Positions 18,684 through 29,272 are shown, numbered from the stretch's first letter. The stretch is DNA of 64,000 nt from Candidatus Spechtbacteria bacterium (GCA_016188605.1 JACPHP010000001.1:1327-65326), one strand, 5' to 3'. Notes: a model not told the origin generated them from the sequence alone. A program made the numbers and translations.

Positions 18684-18926
18684 ATGACACTATTTGTTGT
18701 ACTATTGGTGATCTTAATCGCCGCAGGCGCCGCGTATTACTATTTTTTTATGAAGAGAGAGGAGGGTGGCGGCGACAACATGGGTGGAGGAACAATGCCC
18801 CCAGGCCAGATGGAATCTCATGAGACGGGACATGATATGAGCAATATGGGCGGAATGGCGCACGACGACAAGGTGGAAGATAAAATGGAGGATGAGAACA
18901 CGCGGGACGGAGGAATGAATTCGTAA
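18684..18926 (+). CDS. small membrane protein with Gly/Met/His-rich acidic tail
   Basis: 80 aa: one N-terminal TM helix, then MGGGTMPPGQMESHETGHDMSNMGGMAHDD. Confidence 0.4.
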   Translation: MTLFVVLLVILIAAGAAYYYFFMKREEGGGDNMGGGTMPPGQMESHETGHDMSNMGGMAHDDKVEDKMEDENTRDGGMNS

Positions 18927-19023
18927 TTAGTAATGAAAAATCACCATGCTATGGTGATTTTTCATTTGAAAAAACAAGGTTTGTATGCTATAAAAAGGAT
19001 ATTATCTCTATAGAGATAATAAA

Positions 19024-20010
19024 ATGCCTATGGAAAAACCTTGGGTCGGGATTGTTACTATTAACTGGAACAACCCTCAAGAAACGCTCGAATGCCTCAA
19101 ATCTCTATCTGGCGTTTCCTATGACAGGAAACGCATTTTTGTTGTAGACAACGGCTCTTCTGACGATTCGGTCGAGGTTTTGTCAGCGCAACAGCAAGCC
19201 CTTAATTTTACGTTCGTTGAAAGTAAGGAGAACACTGGTTTTAGTGGCGGTTGCAATATTGGCATGCGCAAGGCGTTGGAAGACAACGACATCTCGTATA
19301 TACTTTTTTTAAATAATGATACGACAGTCGCGCCGGATTTTTTGGATAAAATGATTGAGGTTGCGGAGGGCGACAAAGCGGGCGGCATGTGGGCGCCCGT
19401 TATTTACTACTCTGCTCGTCCCGACGAAATTTGGTTTGCCGGAGGGAAGCTGCGCTGGATGCGTGTAAGCCAGATAGGCGAGCACGTGATTAGATTTGCC
19501 ACACGCAGCAGCGTGTTCGCAAAGCAATCATTTCGCCCTACGCGGGGCGAAATACCTTTTATTTATAACGCAAATAAATCAGACTATTTTGAAACAGAGT
19601 TTATAACTGGATGCGCGATGCTTGCGCGCAGGAAAGTTGCGCAGCGAGTGGGCGAGTGGGACGAGCGATTTTTTCTATATTTTGAGGATGTTGATTATAG
19701 CTTGCGAGCAAAGGATCTGGGATGGAAATTGCACATTATTCCCAGCGCCAAAATTTGGCACAAGGTATCCGCAACAGCACTAGGCAAAGTTGGCAGCCCA
19801 AAGATTTTGTATTATCACCATCGCAATGGCATGCTCATTACGAAATTACACGGACCATTCTGGGCAAATGTTTATAAACATTACTGGGCGGCGGCAAAAG
19901 TTAAATTGCAATTATTGAAAATTTTGCTCGGTATAAACAGAGAGCAGTCTAGGGCGATTATTCGCGGAATTACTGATTATTATAAAGGTAATTGGGGAAA
20001 AATTGATTAG
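19024..20010 (+). CDS. glycosyltransferase family 2
   Basis: VVDNGSSDDS and DxD-containing GT2 core. Confidence 0.8.
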   Translation: MPMEKPWVGIVTINWNNPQETLECLKSLSGVSYDRKRIFVVDNGSSDDSVEVLSAQQQALNFTFVESKENTGFSGGCNIGMRKALEDNDISYILFLNNDTTVAPDFLDKMIEVAEGDKAGGMWAPVIYYSARPDEIWFAGGKLRWMRVSQIGEHVIRFATRSSVFAKQSFRPTRGEIPFIYNANKSDYFETEFITGCAMLARRKVAQRVGEWDERFFLYFEDVDYSLRAKDLGWKLHIIPSAKIWHKVSATALGKVGSPKILYYHHRNGMLITKLHGPFWANVYKHYWAAAKVKLQLLKILLGINREQSRAIIRGITDYYKGNWGKID

Positions 20011-20037
20011 TCTTATTATGATAAATGAAAAAGTGTT

Positions 20038-20098
20038 GTCATCTCGAGCGAGCACGCGAGAGATCTCTCGTCCCGTCGTTGCAGGACTTCGAGATGAC
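20038..20098. mobile_element. MITE family C copy 1 (TIR GTCATCTCGA ... TCGAGATGAC; internal palindrome GAGAGATCTCTC plus gtcccg..ggac hairpin)
   Basis: Seen directly. Second copy at 49849..49906, with the internal modules in inverted order. Confidence 0.7.
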
Positions 20099-20107
20099 AA
20101 ACTAAAA

Positions 20108-21253
20108 ATGATTCAAATTGGCATCGACGCACATAATTTGGAACTAAACCGCGCGGGTGTTGCTCGGTATCTTGAAAATCTTTTGCGCGAGTGGGCAAAA
20201 GATCCGAAAATGCGCGGCAATTTCCATTTTACCCTTTATTTCAAGGGCCGAGTTCCTGACGACGATTTTTTGGAAGATTCAATTTTTACTTGCCGCTCCC
20301 TGCAGATATTGCCGCGCCCAAGCTTTTTTTTGTATTTTCTTTTTTCTTTGCCGCTACGGGCTATGCGCGATAAAATAGATATTATGTTTTTCCCGTCATA
20401 TATGGCATCGCCATTATGGCGCGGTAAATCAGTAATAGTTTTGCACGATATTTCCTTTGAACGTTTCCCGGAGCTTTTCCCAATTCGTTATCGTCTGCCC
20501 TATCGTATCCTGGGAAGATTTGGCGCAAATCATAGCCAAGCCGTAATTACCGTTTCAGAATTTTGCAAGAGGGAAATTAAAGAGATATATAAAGTTCCAG
20601 CAGAAAAAATTTTTGTAACTTATCTTGGCGTGAATGAAAGGATTAAGCGAGCTAGCGATGAGGAGATACGGCGCGTAAAGCAGAAGTTGGATATAACGGG
20701 TGAGTACATACTTTGGGTGGGGCAGATATTTAATCGAAGGCATGTTCTAGAATCTCTGCGCGCTTTTGAAATTATTGCGGATAAATTTCCCTGCGCGCAA
20801 TTTGTTGTATCTGGAAGGAACGGCACTAGCCCCCACCAGCCAATCGATGAGATATGTGGGGATATCAATAGAAAATTAGATCGGGAAGCAGTGATACGCG
20901 TTCAGTACGCGGAAGAAAAAGATCTGCCCGCGCTTTTATCTGGAGCTAGGGTAGGTGTTTATATATCAAATTACGAGGGCTTTGGTTTGCCGCCGCTTGA
21001 ATTTTTAGCATGTGGTACTCCGGTACTTGCGCCTAACACCACTTCATTAAAAGAAGCTTTGCGAGGCGAGCAAATTATAGTAGAAGACGCCTCAAGTGTA
21101 AAAGAAATAGCTGAGAAACTAACTTTTGCCTTTACTAATCAAGAAGTTATAGATCGCGCGCGTTTAAATGGCCCAAAGCACGCGGCGCAATTTAGCTGGA
21201 AACGATGCGCGGGGCAGACGATCAGCGTGTTTAATGGGGTGCAGAAGAATTAA
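20108..21253 (+). CDS. glycosyltransferase family 4 (GT-B)
   Basis: E-x7-E region EGFGLPPLEFLACGTPVLA. Start taken at ATG 20108 because the first 35 codons of the track ORF are the MITE. Confidence 0.8.
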   Translation: MIQIGIDAHNLELNRAGVARYLENLLREWAKDPKMRGNFHFTLYFKGRVPDDDFLEDSIFTCRSLQILPRPSFFLYFLFSLPLRAMRDKIDIMFFPSYMASPLWRGKSVIVLHDISFERFPELFPIRYRLPYRILGRFGANHSQAVITVSEFCKREIKEIYKVPAEKIFVTYLGVNERIKRASDEEIRRVKQKLDITGEYILWVGQIFNRRHVLESLRAFEIIADKFPCAQFVVSGRNGTSPHQPIDEICGDINRKLDREAVIRVQYAEEKDLPALLSGARVGVYISNYEGFGLPPLEFLACGTPVLAPNTTSLKEALRGEQIIVEDASSVKEIAEKLTFAFTNQEVIDRARLNGPKHAAQFSWKRCAGQTISVFNGVQKN

Positions 21254-21279
21254 AAAGTCTATTCATAAACTATAAGCAA

Positions 21280-21458
21280 AATTTCAAAATCCAAATGTCA
21301 AATTACAAATCAATTTCAAATACTAAATGTCAAATGCTAAAATTTTAGGTTTTGAATATTTGAGACTTTTCCGCCTGAGGCGCCTGTCCGCCTCTGGCGG
21401 GGATCAGCCTATGGCCGAGACATTGATTTGACATTTGTAATTTGGACTTTGTAATTTA
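21280..21458. repeat. palindromic heptamer array (caaatgt/acatttg units) enclosing a long-variant REP-like element
   Basis: aaatgtcaaattacaaatcaatttcaaatactaaatgtcaaatg ... cattgatttgacatttgtaatttggactttgtaattt. Confidence 0.65.
21367..21418 (-). mobile_element. REP-like element, long variant (R6) with two CCGCC hairpins plus CAGCC/GGCC hairpin
   Basis: ttttccgcctgaggcgcctgtccgcctctggcggggatcagcctatggccgaga. Its reverse complement matches the 45196..45246 copy. Confidence 0.65.
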
Positions 21459-21464
21459 CTAGCT

Positions 21465-23027
21465 ATGTCCTCTCGCATTTTCTCCCCTCTAAACATAATC
21501 TATATCCTCTCGCTGGTAACTCTGTTCGCGGCTGTCTTTGGCGTTGTGCCTCGGGAGTTTATTTTTATTCCAGCAGTCCTTATTCTGGGATATATGCTTG
21601 TCGCGCCGCATCAAAACGGCTTACTTTTGTTTGTTAGATTTATTCCATTTTTCTTTGCCCTGCCGCTCACGCAAGGATTTGATAATTTTAATCTCTGGCG
21701 TATTGCCATAATTTTGCTTTTCGCGAAATGGATTTTAAGCGGCAGAAATCTCGATGAAATTGTAGCTTCATTGCAATGGAATAATTTGCGCAATCTGTGG
21801 AACAGCGCGCGGGCAGAAGTTCTTGGCAGCGCATTGTTTGCGCTAGCTTTCATCTCGTTGTTTGTTGCGCAGGATATATCCACTGGTGTTAAAAGGATTA
21901 TTTATTTTGCTAACCTAACTCTTTTGTTTGTAATAGTGCGCGGTTTGGTGCGGCGCGAAAATGGATACGTGCAAAAACTGACGAATAATTTTGTAGTATC
22001 AGGGATGGTGGCTGTGGTTGTTGGATTTGGCCAGTGGATAAGCACATATTTTTTACCCGTCTGGATTTTTCATTATTGGTGGGGGCAGATCGTGTCTTTG
22101 AATATGTATGGACAACAATGGGCGAATATAGTAACAAATTTTGGCAACACGTGGTTTAGTTATTCGGGCGGTGGGCTGCGCCTGCGTATGTTTTCTTTAT
22201 TTCCCGACTCGCATACATTTCCGTTATACTTGCTCATGGTTTTGCCGTTTTTGTTTTTGTTCATATACGATGCAAAACGAACGCTCACAAAATGGGAACG
22301 CCGGCTGGCATGGTTTGGATTTTTGGCATTGCACCTCGCGCTTATTTTAAGTGGTACCAGAGGAATATGGGCGGGTATTATTTTTCCGGCAGTGGCACTT
22401 GGTACAGCGTGGTTTTTCATGCCGTATACGCGCGTATACGGAAAAAAAGTTGCTTTATCTATAGGGGCATTTATTTTGATGTTCCCTTTCGCGTGGGCGA
22501 TATTGATGCTGCCGCAATTTCAAGACGACAATGTGCCGTCGCATAATGTTTTCTTTACTAGGATTGGTTCTTTGATAGATACTTCTGAAACTTCAAACCA
22601 AGGCCGCATCGCTATTTGGAGAAGCACGCTGAAATCAATAGCGCATAATCCAGCGCTTGGTATAGGCATAGGGAATTATCCCGTGGTTTTAGATCAAAAT
22701 ATATCGGCAACAAGAATGGGCGCATCCGCGCATAATCTATATTTACAGGTTGCCTCGGAAATGGGCATTCCAGCTGCTATAATATTTATATGGTTCTTGT
22801 GGGAGGTGTTTGCTCGCGCGTGGCGGTTTGCTCAAAAACCGTCGTATAATACGTTAACGGGCCTTTTTGCTTTCGCAATCATTTTTTCATTTATTTGGAT
22901 TTTGGGTTACAGCCTAACTGATGCGGCGCTGTTTGACGAGCGGGCATTTTTGGGTTTCTTGGTGTTTATAGGCGTGTTACTTGGGATAACGAGGCAAAAT
23001 GAAATAAAAAATCCCAAACCCCAATGA
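21465..23027 (+). CDS. O-antigen ligase / Wzy-like polytopic membrane protein
   Basis: 520 aa, more than 10 TM helices with a large periplasmic-type loop. Its last codons and TGA stop lie inside the heptamer array at 23009..23130. Confidence 0.55.
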   Translation: MSSRIFSPLNIIYILSLVTLFAAVFGVVPREFIFIPAVLILGYMLVAPHQNGLLLFVRFIPFFFALPLTQGFDNFNLWRIAIILLFAKWILSGRNLDEIVASLQWNNLRNLWNSARAEVLGSALFALAFISLFVAQDISTGVKRIIYFANLTLLFVIVRGLVRRENGYVQKLTNNFVVSGMVAVVVGFGQWISTYFLPVWIFHYWWGQIVSLNMYGQQWANIVTNFGNTWFSYSGGGLRLRMFSLFPDSHTFPLYLLMVLPFLFLFIYDAKRTLTKWERRLAWFGFLALHLALILSGTRGIWAGIIFPAVALGTAWFFMPYTRVYGKKVALSIGAFILMFPFAWAILMLPQFQDDNVPSHNVFFTRIGSLIDTSETSNQGRIAIWRSTLKSIAHNPALGIGIGNYPVVLDQNISATRMGASAHNLYLQVASEMGIPAAIIFIWFLWEVFARAWRFAQKPSYNTLTGLFAFAIIFSFIWILGYSLTDAALFDERAFLGFLVFIGVLLGITRQNEIKNPKPQ

Positions 23028-23130
23028 CCAATGACCAATCAAATCCCAATGCCTAAAATCCCAAGACCTAACTTTAATCATTTGGATTTGGGGCTTGATT
23101 GGTCATTTGGATTTGGTCATTGGGATTTTT
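23009..23130. repeat. palindromic heptamer array (aatccca/tgggatt arms)
   Basis: aaaatcccaaaccccaatgaccaatgaccaatcaaatcccaatgcctaaaatcccaag ... tggatttggggcttgattggtcatttggatttggtcattgggatttt. Confidence 0.7.
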
Positions 23131-23136
23131 AAAGTT

Positions 23137-24165
23137 ATGCAATCTCCTCTAGTCTCAATCCACCTAATCGTAAAAGACGGCGAAAAATATATTCGCCAGT
23201 GTCTTGAACACGTGCAAAAGCAGACTTATCCTAACATTGAGTTTAGGGTGTTTGACAATGCTTCCACCGACAGGACTCGCGAAATTGTAAAGGAGATAAT
23301 GCCGAGCGCGGAAATCATTAGATTCCCTAAAAACTATATCCTTGGTGGTGGGTTTAATCGCAGTTTGTCTTGGAGTAGGGCGCCCTATGTGGTGGGTTTG
23401 TGCGTGGACGTGATGATGGCGCCTGACTTTATTGAAAGGGCGGTGGCGGTCGCGGAAGCGCACCCAACGGCAGGGGTGGTGCAAGCCAAGGTTTTGCGGT
23501 ATGATTATGAGCATGCAAAAGTGACATCTATAATAGATACCACTGGTATGCAGATCTTCCGCTCGCGCCGTATTATCAATCGCGGGCATGGAGAGGAAGA
23601 CACCGGGCAGTACAATAAGGCAGAGGAAATATTCTGCTATGAAGGCGCGGTGCCATTTTTCCGCCGCGAGGCGCTGGAAGCAATAAAGATGCCAAAATCA
23701 AAACCAGACGCAGAGTTTCCGTACGAGTATCTGGACGAGGATTTTGTTTGGTATGCTGACGAGCTTGATTTGGGATGGCGGCTTCATCATGCCGGCTGGA
23801 TGAATTGGTATGACCCAACCGTGCTTGCGGCGCACGATCGCCAGACCACAAAAAAATTGAGTAAGGGGTATAGAGGTTTTATAGAACTTCGCAAAACAAT
23901 TCCTGCGTTTAAACGCGTGCTTGATTGGCGCAACCAAAGATTGGCATTCTTGAAAAATGACTATCTTTCATCTGTGCTTAAGGATGTATTCTTCTGGCTT
24001 CCGCGAGAAATGATGATGTTTGGGTATTTTATCATTTTTGAAAGAACAAGTTTGTGGGCGTATATTGGTATGTTGCGCATGGCGCCCCTAATGCTGCGCA
24101 AACGACGAGCGATATTGAAGAATGATAAGACAAACGCAGGCGATATAAGAAAGTGGTTTTTGTAA
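23137..24165 (+). CDS. glycosyltransferase family 2
   Basis: VSIHLIVKDGEKYIRQCLEHVQKQTYPNIEFRVFDNASTDRT is GT2-typical. Start taken at the second Met (23137) after the array. Confidence 0.75.
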   Translation: MQSPLVSIHLIVKDGEKYIRQCLEHVQKQTYPNIEFRVFDNASTDRTREIVKEIMPSAEIIRFPKNYILGGGFNRSLSWSRAPYVVGLCVDVMMAPDFIERAVAVAEAHPTAGVVQAKVLRYDYEHAKVTSIIDTTGMQIFRSRRIINRGHGEEDTGQYNKAEEIFCYEGAVPFFRREALEAIKMPKSKPDAEFPYEYLDEDFVWYADELDLGWRLHHAGWMNWYDPTVLAAHDRQTTKKLSKGYRGFIELRKTIPAFKRVLDWRNQRLAFLKNDYLSSVLKDVFFWLPREMMMFGYFIIFERTSLWAYIGMLRMAPLMLRKRRAILKNDKTNAGDIRKWFL

Positions 24166-24177
24166 TAAATGAATGTC

Positions 24178-24250
24178 ATCAACGAATAACGTACGAATAT
24201 ATGAATCGGCCGTAGTGGAGTATTCGTATATTCGTACGTTATTCGTTGAT
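24178..24250. mobile_element. MITE family A copy 2
   Basis: atcaacgaataacg ... cgttattcgttgat. Fills the spacer between the GT2 stop (24165) and the LCP start (24259). Confidence 0.75.
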
Positions 24251-24258
24251 TATTCCAT

Positions 24259-25356
24259 ATGGATTTTCAACAAGACGAACAACCTCAACCTTTAATTCCA
24301 CAGCATCAATTGGAGTATGGGTCAGAAAAAAAATATTTAAGGCTGGGCGTTGCGCTTGGCGTTTTTGTGCTTGTTGCGGCAGGCATATTCTTTTTTTGGC
24401 AAGGCGCGCGCACTCTTACCGTGATTCAAGCGGGTGACGCAAATGTGGACGCGGGCTCGCTGTATCCTGACTTCAGGGTGAAGGAAGAGCCAAACCGCAT
24501 AGATGTATTATTGATGGCGATACGCGGGTCCGATGATCCAAATGGCGGTTTGCTTACAGACTCAATGATATTGATAAGCTTTGATACTGAAACAAAAAAA
24601 GCGGCAATGATTTCCATTCCTCGCGATCTTTACGTATTTATACCGCCAGCGGGCAAGATGATGAAGATTAATGCCGTGTATGAAACCGGTGAAAAAAATG
24701 AGCGTGGTGGCGGTTTGATTCTGACAAAACAAGCTGTGTCTTATATTACCGGCGTCTACGTTGATTATGCCGCGGTGGTTGATTTTGACACCTTTTCAAA
24801 GACAGTGGATGCGGTTGGCGGAGTCACCGTGAAGCGTACAACGACCCTAATAGAGGATAAACAATGGACCCAAGAAGGAAGGGAAGACGACCAGTTTTGG
24901 CATATTGAAACTAGCGGTGATGGTTCTCAGGCATGGGTATTCGAGGTTCCGATTGGCACATCCACGCTCGATAGTTTTGATGCCCTGTATTACGCGCGAT
25001 CTCGATATACGACTTCTGACTTTGACAGAATGAAGCGACAGCAGGAAATAATCAATCAAGTTGCAAAAAAAATGCTTTCACTAGGAGTCCTTTCAAACCC
25101 ATTTAAAGTTTCTGAGTTGATGGATATTATTGGAAAATCGGTGAAAACTGATATAAGTTCCCGACAGATATTAAACTATTTGCCTATATTACAGGAAAAC
25201 GCATCGGCGGGTAATGTAGCGGAATATGTGCTTGATACTTCAACCAATAGTTTTCTTATGGATGGACGAGAAGATAATCAATATGTATTACTTCCTCGTT
25301 CGGGAAATTTTGATCAGTTAAGGGTATTTATTCAGAGTTTAATTAGCGCAAAATAA
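24259..25356 (+). CDS. LytR-CpsA-Psr (LCP) family protein
   Basis: N-terminal TM, then SMILISFDTETKKAAMISIPRDLYV...INAVYETGE, the LCP core. Confidence 0.8.
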   Translation: MDFQQDEQPQPLIPQHQLEYGSEKKYLRLGVALGVFVLVAAGIFFFWQGARTLTVIQAGDANVDAGSLYPDFRVKEEPNRIDVLLMAIRGSDDPNGGLLTDSMILISFDTETKKAAMISIPRDLYVFIPPAGKMMKINAVYETGEKNERGGGLILTKQAVSYITGVYVDYAAVVDFDTFSKTVDAVGGVTVKRTTTLIEDKQWTQEGREDDQFWHIETSGDGSQAWVFEVPIGTSTLDSFDALYYARSRYTTSDFDRMKRQQEIINQVAKKMLSLGVLSNPFKVSELMDIIGKSVKTDISSRQILNYLPILQENASAGNVAEYVLDTSTNSFLMDGREDNQYVLLPRSGNFDQLRVFIQSLISAK

Positions 25357-25377
25357 AAATTTTTGCTAGACTTATAG

Positions 25378-26631
25378 ATGATGCAAGACGAATCCCAGCA
25401 ACAATCAAGCAAAGCTCGCGCGTTTTTCGCGCGAGTTGTTCTTGTAATTATGCTTGTTGGCATAAGTTTTGGCGCTGGGCTGATTGTTGGCCAGTTAAAG
25501 CAAACTCCTTTGCCGACAAGCATACTTCCGTTTAATTCCATCAATCTTTCGGGGCAAACAGTGCCGTCATCGTTTTCGTTGATTGAAGATGTATGGAAGC
25601 GCATCCATACGCAATATGTTTACAATGACAAATTGGATGACTCCCAACTTATTTACGGAGCAATTAGGGGTATGCTCGGAGCTGTAGGCGATCCTTATAG
25701 CGTATTTTTTAATCCACAAGAATCAAAAGATTTTTTGGAAACAGTGAATGGTCAGTTTGATGGTATTGGAGCTGAAGTGGGCATGCGCGACAGTCAACTT
25801 ACTATTATTGCTCCACTTAAAGATTCTCCAGCAGAACGCTCCGGACTAAAAGCGGCCGATCAAATTACAACCATTGACTCAGTAAGCACGAAAGGCATGA
25901 CCCTTGAGGAAGCGGTTAGTAAAATTCGCGGTCTTCGCGGCACAAATGTTGTGCTGGGCATTGCTCGCCAAAATGGTGAACAAAAAATATTTTCAATCAC
26001 CATCACTCGCGAAACAATAAAGGTCCCAAGCATGAAATGGGAAATGAAAGACGGCAATATTGCCGCAATATCTTTCTTTCAATTTAGCGAGAGGTCACCT
26101 CAGGATTTTCAAAAAATTGTAGAAGAAATTCAACGGGCAGATACGCGAGGCATTATTCTTGATTTGCGCAATAATCCGGGCGGCTACCTTTCGGCGGCAG
26201 TAGATATTGCCGGTTGGTTTTTGCCAAAAAACCAAATTGTGGTTACAGAGGATTTTGGCAGAGAGAATACTGAAGAGCACACAACCAAAGGTCCCGCAAC
26301 TTTACAGAATATGCCCCTAGTCGTATTGATAAATAAAGGATCGGCATCAGCGTCAGAGATATTGGCTGGCGCGCTTCTAGATAATAGGCAAGTGCCATTG
26401 ATTGGAGAAAAAAGTTTTGGGAAAGGCTCTGTACAACAGCTCGACTCGCTTTCCGGCGGATCTAGTCTAAAAATTACCGTGGCAAGATGGCTTACTCCAT
26501 CAGGCCGCTCTATACAAGAGCAGGGGATTGACCCGACTATTACGGTTAAGCAAAACGAGAGTTCGAAAGAAGATGACCAGCTTAATAAGGCATTGGATAC
26601 CATTATGGAATTGATAAGAAATCAAGATTAA
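25378..26631 (+). CDS. ctpA: carboxyl-terminal processing protease (S41), PDZ-containing
   Basis: PDZ (GIGAEVG...GLKAADQI) and catalytic Ser motif GSASASEILAGAL. Also DLRNNPGG. Confidence 0.85.
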   Translation: MMQDESQQQSSKARAFFARVVLVIMLVGISFGAGLIVGQLKQTPLPTSILPFNSINLSGQTVPSSFSLIEDVWKRIHTQYVYNDKLDDSQLIYGAIRGMLGAVGDPYSVFFNPQESKDFLETVNGQFDGIGAEVGMRDSQLTIIAPLKDSPAERSGLKAADQITTIDSVSTKGMTLEEAVSKIRGLRGTNVVLGIARQNGEQKIFSITITRETIKVPSMKWEMKDGNIAAISFFQFSERSPQDFQKIVEEIQRADTRGIILDLRNNPGGYLSAAVDIAGWFLPKNQIVVTEDFGRENTEEHTTKGPATLQNMPLVVLINKGSASASEILAGALLDNRQVPLIGEKSFGKGSVQQLDSLSGGSSLKITVARWLTPSGRSIQEQGIDPTITVKQNESSKEDDQLNKALDTIMELIRNQD

Positions 26632-26680
26632 GTCTAATGATAATTTATCTTGGATTTTAACATTTAGATAGATGTAAGCT

Positions 26681-27127
26681 ATGAAAGTCATCTTTCTTCA
26701 ACATGTACAAAACATTGCGCAAAAAGGAGACGTAAAGAATGTCTCTGAAGGATACGCGCGCAATTTTCTCTTCCCTAAAAAATTAGCTGATATTGCAACT
26801 ACTGAGCGTTTGGCACTAGCAAATTCACAGAAACAACAACAGGCGATTCATCACGACGCAGAGAACTTTCGTTTTCAGGAAATCGCATCAAAATTAAAAA
26901 ATGAAATTATTAAAATAAATGCCAAAGCGCACGACGACGGCGGTTTGTTTGGTTCCGTAGGCGCGCAGGAAATAAGCTCTGCTATGCGCAAACAAGGGTT
27001 TGATGTTGCGCCCAGTCACGTTCAGCTCCCAAAGCCTTTGAAGAAACTGGGAGAGTATGTCGTTGTTTTGAAGTTCAATCAAGAGATTAAGGGAGAGGTG
27101 AGGGTTAATATTGAGGCAGAAAAATAA
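26681..27127 (+). CDS. rplI: 50S ribosomal protein L9
   Basis: MKVIFLQHVQNIAQKGDVKNVSEGYARNFLFPKKLA N-domain. Confidence 0.85.
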   Translation: MKVIFLQHVQNIAQKGDVKNVSEGYARNFLFPKKLADIATTERLALANSQKQQQAIHHDAENFRFQEIASKLKNEIIKINAKAHDDGGLFGSVGAQEISSAMRKQGFDVAPSHVQLPKPLKKLGEYVVVLKFNQEIKGEVRVNIEAEK

Positions 27128-27160
27128 ATTCTATACATTAATTTTCAAGCACCAATTTTC

Positions 27161-27192
27161 TCAGCCAAAGGCTGATCCGCCTTCGGCGGAAA
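27161..27192 (+). mobile_element. REP-like element copy R7
   Basis: tCAGCCaaaGGCTGatCCGCCttcGGCGGaaattt. Confidence 0.7.
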
Positions 27193-27265
27193 TTTATCTC
27201 GCTTCGCGAGATCTAGCATAGCCAGACAATGAATTTACAATGACTCAATTACTAATCGTGTGTTT

Positions 27266-27300
27266 TCAGCCATAGGCTGATCCGCCTCAGGCGGAGAAAA
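27266..27300 (+). mobile_element. REP-like element copy R8
   Basis: tCAGCCataGGCTGatCCGCCtcaGGCGGagaaaa. Confidence 0.7.
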
Positions 27301-27459
27301 TTAGGGCATTGAGTTATTGCGTAAAGCAACGTGGGGCGTAAAACCCTCCGTGGAGGGCCACGCCCTCTTTACGGAGTTGCCACGCAACTCTACGTTGATT
27401 GAAAATTGTAAATTGATCATTGAAAATTCTTTCGGCATTTTTGATTTTAATTATATTAT

Positions 27460-29193
27460 ATGCCTCGTTTCATATTCGTAGTTGGAGGAGTAATGTCAGG
27501 GGTTGGTAAGGGCGTCGCGACTTCGTCAATTGGAACAATCCTGCAGGCGCGGGGTTTTCGCGTTACTGCGGTAAAAATTGATCCCTACTTAAACGTAGAT
27601 GCCGGCACCATGAACCCGGTTGAGCATGGCGAGGTTTTTGTGACCAGTGACGGCATGGAATGCGACCAGGATATTGGCAACTACGAGCGATTTTTAAATA
27701 AAGATATTCCCGCCATTAATTATATGACTAGCGGAAGTGTTTATTACACGGTAATTCAGCGTGAGAGAAACTTGGGTTACGGAGGACGTTGCGTTGAAGT
27801 GGTGCCAGATATCCCGGAGGAAGTAATTGGCCGTTTGCAGCGTGTTGCCAAAGTCTCAAAGGCAGATTTTGTGTTGGTAGAAATAGGTGGCACTGTGGGC
27901 GAATATCAGAATCTTCTTTTTTTGGAAGCGGCGCGTATGATGCGTTTGCGCACTCCAAAGCAAGTAATTTTTGCTTTGGTTAGCTATTTGCCAGTACCTA
28001 AAATGGTTGGCGAGATGAAAACTAAGCCAACGCAGTATGCCGTGCGATCTCTAAACTCTGCCGGCATTCAGCCGGATCTTATCATTGCGCGTTCAGAATG
28101 CCCTATAGATGAACCGCGCAAAAAAAAGCTTTCCGTGTTTTGCAATGTCGGACCGGAAGATATTATCTCTGCGCCAGATATTCAGTCAAGCATTTACGAG
28201 ATACCTGTTAATTTTGAAAATGATGGTCTTGGCAAGCGTATAGTGGTAAAGTTTGGCATGCGTGACAAAGCCGTGGAATTAAAGCAATGGAAGAGCGTTG
28301 TTTCCAAGATTCAGGCGCAAAATCCGGAGGTAAAAATCGGAGTCGTGGGAAAATACTTCGAATCAGGGAACTTTGTATTATCTGACTCTTATCTTTCGGT
28401 GCTAGAGGCAGTAAAGCATGCCGCGTGGTACCAGAATCGTATTCCTATCATCCAATGGCTTAATGCTGGCGACTACGATCCTTCGGCGAATTCGACCCTT
28501 TCGACAAGCTCAGGGCAAGGAATAAAAAAGCAATTGGCGCAACTTAGAGAATTTGATGGCATTATTGTACCCGGAGGATTTGGCAGCAGGGGGGTGGAGG
28601 GTAAGATTAATGTTATCCGTTATTGCCGCGAAAATAATATTCCATATTTTGGACTGTGCTATGGCATGCAGCTTGCAACAATTGAATTTGCGCGAAACGT
28701 TTGCGGCATGGAAGGTGCCAATACCACTGAGATTGATGGCAAGACACCTTACCCGGTGATAGATATAATGACCGAACAAAAAGCTAAGCTAGCAAAAGGG
28801 GACTACGGCGCTTCCATGCGACTTGGTGCATACGGATGCGCCCTGAAAGAAGGAACTTATGCGTATCAAGCATATGCACAGGAGGGTCGTACCCTTCGCG
28901 GAGGGTCCGACCCTCCTATCTTGTCGATGGGTAAAAAAAATGGCGAACTGCTTATTTCAGAACGCCATCGCCATAGATATGAATTAAATAATGCTTACCG
29001 AGAACAGTTTACCGCAAACGGCTTGGTTTTTTCTGGTGTGAACCCAGAGCGCGATCTTGTAGAGATTATTGAGTTGCCAAAACACAAATTTTTCATGGGT
29101 ACGCAATTTCATCCAGAGCTTCAATCGCGCCCCTTGAGGCCACATCCATTGTTTGTTGCGTTCATTGGGGCGGCAGTGAATATCAACGAATAA
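27460..29193 (+). CDS. pyrG: CTP synthase
   Basis: N-terminal synthetase domain (GGVMSGVGKG) and C-terminal GATase (GLCYGMQ). The last four codons and TAA (...N-I-N-E-stop) are supplied by the left TIR of MITE-A copy 3. Confidence 0.9.
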   Translation: MPRFIFVVGGVMSGVGKGVATSSIGTILQARGFRVTAVKIDPYLNVDAGTMNPVEHGEVFVTSDGMECDQDIGNYERFLNKDIPAINYMTSGSVYYTVIQRERNLGYGGRCVEVVPDIPEEVIGRLQRVAKVSKADFVLVEIGGTVGEYQNLLFLEAARMMRLRTPKQVIFALVSYLPVPKMVGEMKTKPTQYAVRSLNSAGIQPDLIIARSECPIDEPRKKKLSVFCNVGPEDIISAPDIQSSIYEIPVNFENDGLGKRIVVKFGMRDKAVELKQWKSVVSKIQAQNPEVKIGVVGKYFESGNFVLSDSYLSVLEAVKHAAWYQNRIPIIQWLNAGDYDPSANSTLSTSSGQGIKKQLAQLREFDGIIVPGGFGSRGVEGKINVIRYCRENNIPYFGLCYGMQLATIEFARNVCGMEGANTTEIDGKTPYPVIDIMTEQKAKLAKGDYGASMRLGAYGCALKEGTYAYQAYAQEGRTLRGGSDPPILSMGKKNGELLISERHRHRYELNNAYREQFTANGLVFSGVNPERDLVEIIELPKHKFFMGTQFHPELQSRPLRPHPLFVAFIGAAVNINE

Positions 29194-29272
29194 CGAATCC
29201 ATTACGAATTTACGAATATCCTACTATCTATAGCTGATTCGTTTATTCGGATAGGATTCGTTATTCGTTGAT
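29182..29272. mobile_element. MITE family A copy 3
   Basis: atcaacgaataacgaat...attcgttattcgttgat. Overlaps the pyrG stop and abuts the rpmA stop. Confidence 0.8.

Noticed and set aside
1141-24182. Numerous 60-150-aa track ORFs antisense to annotated genes (for example 1141..1590, 3631..3855, 8074..8466, 12267..12722, 16502..16816, 23164..23589)
   Set aside because: Each lies wholly inside a longer ORF with clear family motifs on the opposite strand, and has skewed composition.
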